A DNA stretch of 64,000 bases from Acidobacteriota bacterium. GTDB taxonomy: Bacteria; Acidobacteriota; UBA890; WLXD01. This document shows positions 60,652-64,000 of this stretch, one piece after another. The notes beneath the pieces were generated by a model. It was not told the DNA's origin. It did not search any database and saw only the letters and a list, made by a program, of their open reading frames with translations. The DNA is taken from contig CAXWPH010000015.1 in NCBI GenBank assembly GCA_963666055.2, forward strand, positions 1,024,001 through 1,088,000, in the 5' to 3' direction. The stretch's first letter is position 1, and every line of letters starts with the position of its first letter. The position numbers and the translations under genes were made by a program.

Positions 60652-62658
60652 CTAGGCGGGCAGCAACTCGTCTGTGCTGGAGGCTCTTCGCCGGGCGCGG
60701 CTTCGAACGAGGAGCTGCTCGCGGGCGGCTCGATGCGCCTCGTCGATGGCCGAGTCCGTGTGTGTCGAGGCAGCGGCATCGGAGTTGGCGATCGAAATCC
60801 GACCGAATCGCCGCCTTCCGACGACGCACGGCCGATCGTCGGGGGCGAACAGCGCCCACTCGATCGGATCGTCCAGGGTGTTGTAGCTATAGGCATAGCC
60901 GTGCGGCCAGCGATTCACGGTGATCGCTTCGATGTCGCGGGCCGGGTCGAATCCCCCACCCTCCAAGGTTCGACCGAGTTGGTCGCGGATGTTGCGCTCG
61001 AAGGTCTCGAAGGTGGCGGCCAGCAGATCCTCGCGCCCGATCCGATGTTGCTCCTTCTTCGGGTGTCCAGGAGCGCAAGGAGTCCTGTACATCTCCACGA
61101 TCATCGGATCGTCAGGCGATGTGGAGGGCTCGTAGTCACCGAACTGGATGGAGCGGCCCAGGTTCACCCCGCTGTGGTACATCCCCGGAGCGGTCACCGC
61201 TGAGATGCCCAGGTTCGTGAAGGCTGTCCAATTTCGGATGAGAACGCTAGTGGAGACGAGCGGCATCTTGACGCCATACATGAGCGCCGTCTTCTGCTCG
61301 TCGGGCATCTCGGGGCACAGGTGCGGGATGACCCCGTTGTAGCACCCCATTACACAGTGCGCCGCCCGTACCTTCTCGGCCTTGCCGCCGCGCACATAAG
61401 TAATCTCGACCTCGCGAGCGGTGTCGGGATCGCCTAGGTACCGGGCGGAGATCACCGTGCTGTTGAGGCGGATCCTGGCGTCGGAGCCGGCGCGGTCGAT
61501 GTGGTCGTAGGCCAGCCGCGACGTCATCGAGTCGTCCAGCGAGGTGCCCGGAAGCGCCTCGGGAATCATCGCCCGAACCAGCAGCCGGGCCACCGTCGCG
61601 TTGCCGTCGGGAAAGTAGATGTCCGGTCGTTCGTCCCACTCGTTCTCGCGACCGTGTTGTCCGCCGCCGATGTGGGCGAGGGGGCCGACGGGGGAGAGGG
61701 GTTCGAGGTTCATCCCCTGGAAGCCGGGATAGCCCTGCACCCATCCATAGAGCGCCGGATGGGCGTCGATGCCGACGCAGAAGCTGCCCTTCGGGCGGTC
61801 GTCGAAGAAGGCGATCACCTCGAGGTGAACCTTGGCGAGGTCGAGGAGGAAGTCCCGATAACTAATCCGCGCCAGGCGCTCCTTCTTGTCGGCATCCGAC
61901 AGCCCGGGCATATAGTCCGGGTTCGCACTGTCGTCGTAGAGCCGCGCGATGTCCCGCTGTGCCTCTGGAGACATCGGGGTCTGGGCGAGCCAATCGGCCC
62001 ATCCACCGGATTGCCCGCCGCGTCCCATCACCAGCCGATCCTCGCCGAACACCTCCTTGGCGAAGAACGTGGCGTTGCCGAGGCCCAACGATCCGTAGAA
62101 CCTCCTACCGGCAGTGCTGGTGGCATTTGCACTGTCGATGTCGATGCCGATCGCGGCGAGGAGCGTCCGGGAGACGGCGCTGTAGTGGCCCACGGACTCC
62201 AGGTACGACGTGCCGCCGGGCAGCATCAGCGTACGGCCTCGGTAGGTCATCTCGTTGCGCTTGGCATGGCCGCCGAAGTCATCGTGGTTGTCGAGCACCA
62301 GCACCCGTGCGCCGCGGCCCGCCGAGGTCAGGAAGAAATAGGCCGCCGAGAGCCCGCTCAGCCCCCCTCCGACCACCACCATGTCGTAGCTCTCACCCGT
62401 GTCGGCGACATCGGTCCAGGTTTTCCCGTCGCGCAGCGCATGGGCGACCTCGAACGAACCGGGGTGGCTGCCACGCATGCCAGTCAGAGCCGGCGGATAG
62501 TATTCCTGCGCCGGAGACGCAGAGGGCGTGCCCTCGCGCGCCGACAGCCAGCCAGGTGCGATCAGCGACCCCCCGATGGCAACCCCCACACCATTGACGA
62601 AGTCGCGCCGGCTGATATCCCGGTGCATCCCGAGATCACGATCCTTACTCCTGGACAT
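60652..62658 (-). CDS. Spermidine dehydrogenase-like FAD oxidoreductase, copy 2
   Basis: Close paralog of 16386..18398 over its full length. Confidence 0.85.
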   Translation of the reverse strand: MSRSKDRDLGMHRDISRRDFVNGVGVAIGGSLIAPGWLSAREGTPSASPAQEYYPPALTGMRGSHPGSFEVAHALRDGKTWTDVADTGESYDMVVVGGGLSGLSAAYFFLTSAGRGARVLVLDNHDDFGGHAKRNEMTYRGRTLMLPGGTSYLESVGHYSAVSRTLLAAIGIDIDSANATSTAGRRFYGSLGLGNATFFAKEVFGEDRLVMGRGGQSGGWADWLAQTPMSPEAQRDIARLYDDSANPDYMPGLSDADKKERLARISYRDFLLDLAKVHLEVIAFFDDRPKGSFCVGIDAHPALYGWVQGYPGFQGMNLEPLSPVGPLAHIGGGQHGRENEWDERPDIYFPDGNATVARLLVRAMIPEALPGTSLDDSMTSRLAYDHIDRAGSDARIRLNSTVISARYLGDPDTAREVEITYVRGGKAEKVRAAHCVMGCYNGVIPHLCPEMPDEQKTALMYGVKMPLVSTSVLIRNWTAFTNLGISAVTAPGMYHSGVNLGRSIQFGDYEPSTSPDDPMIVEMYRTPCAPGHPKKEQHRIGREDLLAATFETFERNIRDQLGRTLEGGGFDPARDIEAITVNRWPHGYAYSYNTLDDPIEWALFAPDDRPCVVGRRRFGRISIANSDAAASTHTDSAIDEAHRAAREQLLVRSRARRRASSTDELLPA

Positions 62659-62975
62659 ATGCCTCTCCAGATTCTCTAGCGGGGGACCGGCTCGGAGCGC
62701 CGGCTTTTCTCAAGTCCGAACCATGCGTAGATCGCATGCAAAATCTGCCGGTCCAGAGCCAATGTCAAGCTAGCCTGAAACACCGGCCGGCACCGGTGAC
62801 GCTTGCGCCTAGTCGCAATGCTCGACCGAGAGTGGAGCTCTTCAGGCTCGTCCCTTTGGATCTCGTCCGCTCAACGATCGGACCTCGCTCTGTTGTCCCG
62901 TTGTCGCATCGCGTCGCCTCGGTCACACTGTGATCCGAATAGCACTACTGAATCCGTCCGATCGGTGAATCGACT

Positions 62976-64000
62976 ATGCCCAGGCGGCATTCCCCGTCCC
63001 GACTTCGCGCCACCGTCAAAAGCGCAGGCTTCACGCTCATGCTCGCTGCGTCTCTCGTCGGCGCGGGCGACGCGACGCGCGCCTGGGCGACGGTGGCTCA
63101 GGCACCCCAGCGTCCCAACATGGTCGTTGTTCTGGTCGACGACATGCGCTGGGACGATTTTGGTGCCGGCGGTCACCCGTTCGTGCAGACGCCCAATATC
63201 GACCGCGTAGCCCGCGAGGGGGTTCGGTTTCTCAACGCGTTCACCACCACCCCGCTTTGCTCGCCGAGCCGCGCGTCGTTCCTGACCGGACTCTACGCCC
63301 ACACGCACGGGATCACCGATAATCTGGCGCGCGACGAGGCCAGCCACCGGTTGCCAACGTTCCCGCGAGCCCTGCAGGCGAGTGGCTACGAGACCGCGTT
63401 CATCGGCAAGTGGCACATGGGCAACGATGACAGCCCTCGCCCCGGCTTCGATCGCTGGGTGGCAATGCGCGGTCAGGGTGAGGCCGTGGATCCGCTGCTC
63501 AACATCGACGGTACCCGGACGCCGTCCGAAGGCTATGTAACCGACGTGCTCACAGAGCACGCGCTCGAGTTTATCGAGCGATCTCGCGACGCTCCTTTTC
63601 TCCTCTACCTCTCACACAAAGCAATGCACCCAAACGTGGTGCAGCACGACGACGGCAGCACTGGCGCCGTCGCCGGCCAGCCGAGCGGCTTCATAGCGGC
63701 GGAGCGACATCGGGGACGCTATGCCGCCGCGACGATCTCACGGCGTCTGAACGCCCTCCGACCCATCGTCGGCAAGCCGGCGCTTCAACGTCCGATCGAG
63801 GGCCTTTCAGCGCTGACGCCGGGGGGCGGCACCACCGACGCCACCATACGGCAGCGTCTGGAGATGCTCCTGAGCGTCGACGACAGTCTGGGGCGGATCC
63901 TCAACGCCCTGCAGACGCGTGCCGAGCTCGACAACACCGTTGTGGTGGTGGCGGGCGACCATGGTTATTTCTACGGCGAGCACGGCCTGGGAGGTGAGCG
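62976..64000 (+). CDS. Sulfatase (partial, runs off the window)
   Basis: RPNMVVVLVDD, CSPSRASFLTG formylglycine motif, GKWH, GDHG. Confidence 0.92.
   Translation, partial: MPRRHSPSRLRATVKSAGFTLMLAASLVGAGDATRAWATVAQAPQRPNMVVVLVDDMRWDDFGAGGHPFVQTPNIDRVAREGVRFLNAFTTTPLCSPSRASFLTGLYAHTHGITDNLARDEASHRLPTFPRALQASGYETAFIGKWHMGNDDSPRPGFDRWVAMRGQGEAVDPLLNIDGTRTPSEGYVTDVLTEHALEFIERSRDAPFLLYLSHKAMHPNVVQHDDGSTGAVAGQPSGFIAAERHRGRYAAATISRRLNALRPIVGKPALQRPIEGLSALTPGGGTTDATIRQRLEMLLSVDDSLGRILNALQTRAELDNTVVVVAGDHGYFYGEHGLGGE

Overview
GC-rich bacterial DNA, probably Acidobacteriota: it carries a PadR + ADOP-type permease pair, VWA- and GWxTD-domain proteins and many membrane Ser/Thr kinases. The window is a heavily rearranged accessory region with no housekeeping genes, tRNA, rRNA or CRISPR that I can see. 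Its organising feature is a family of Hanks-type kinase genes: two intact kinase-TM-beta-propeller genes, one frameshifted kinase-TPR gene and several fragments. The last 22-260 bp of these genes (encoding ...NWFDELKRLVPTDP*) occur 11 times, all on the + strand, and eight copies are orphan relics separating small blocks of unrelated cargo genes. Kinase promoters and N-terminal modules are also reused. The cargo is mostly secreted or Tat-type peptide, amino-acid and amine hydrolases and oxidases, some duplicated and some with integron attC remnants. A second dispersed repeat is an IS5-like end, including one complete 272-bp MITE, that often sits on CTAG/CTAA stop codons. There is also an IS3 element, an IS6 remnant, a probable selenocysteine-containing OsmC-like gene and a probable 2.8-kb inversion that split a kinase. 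All calls were made by eye without database searches.
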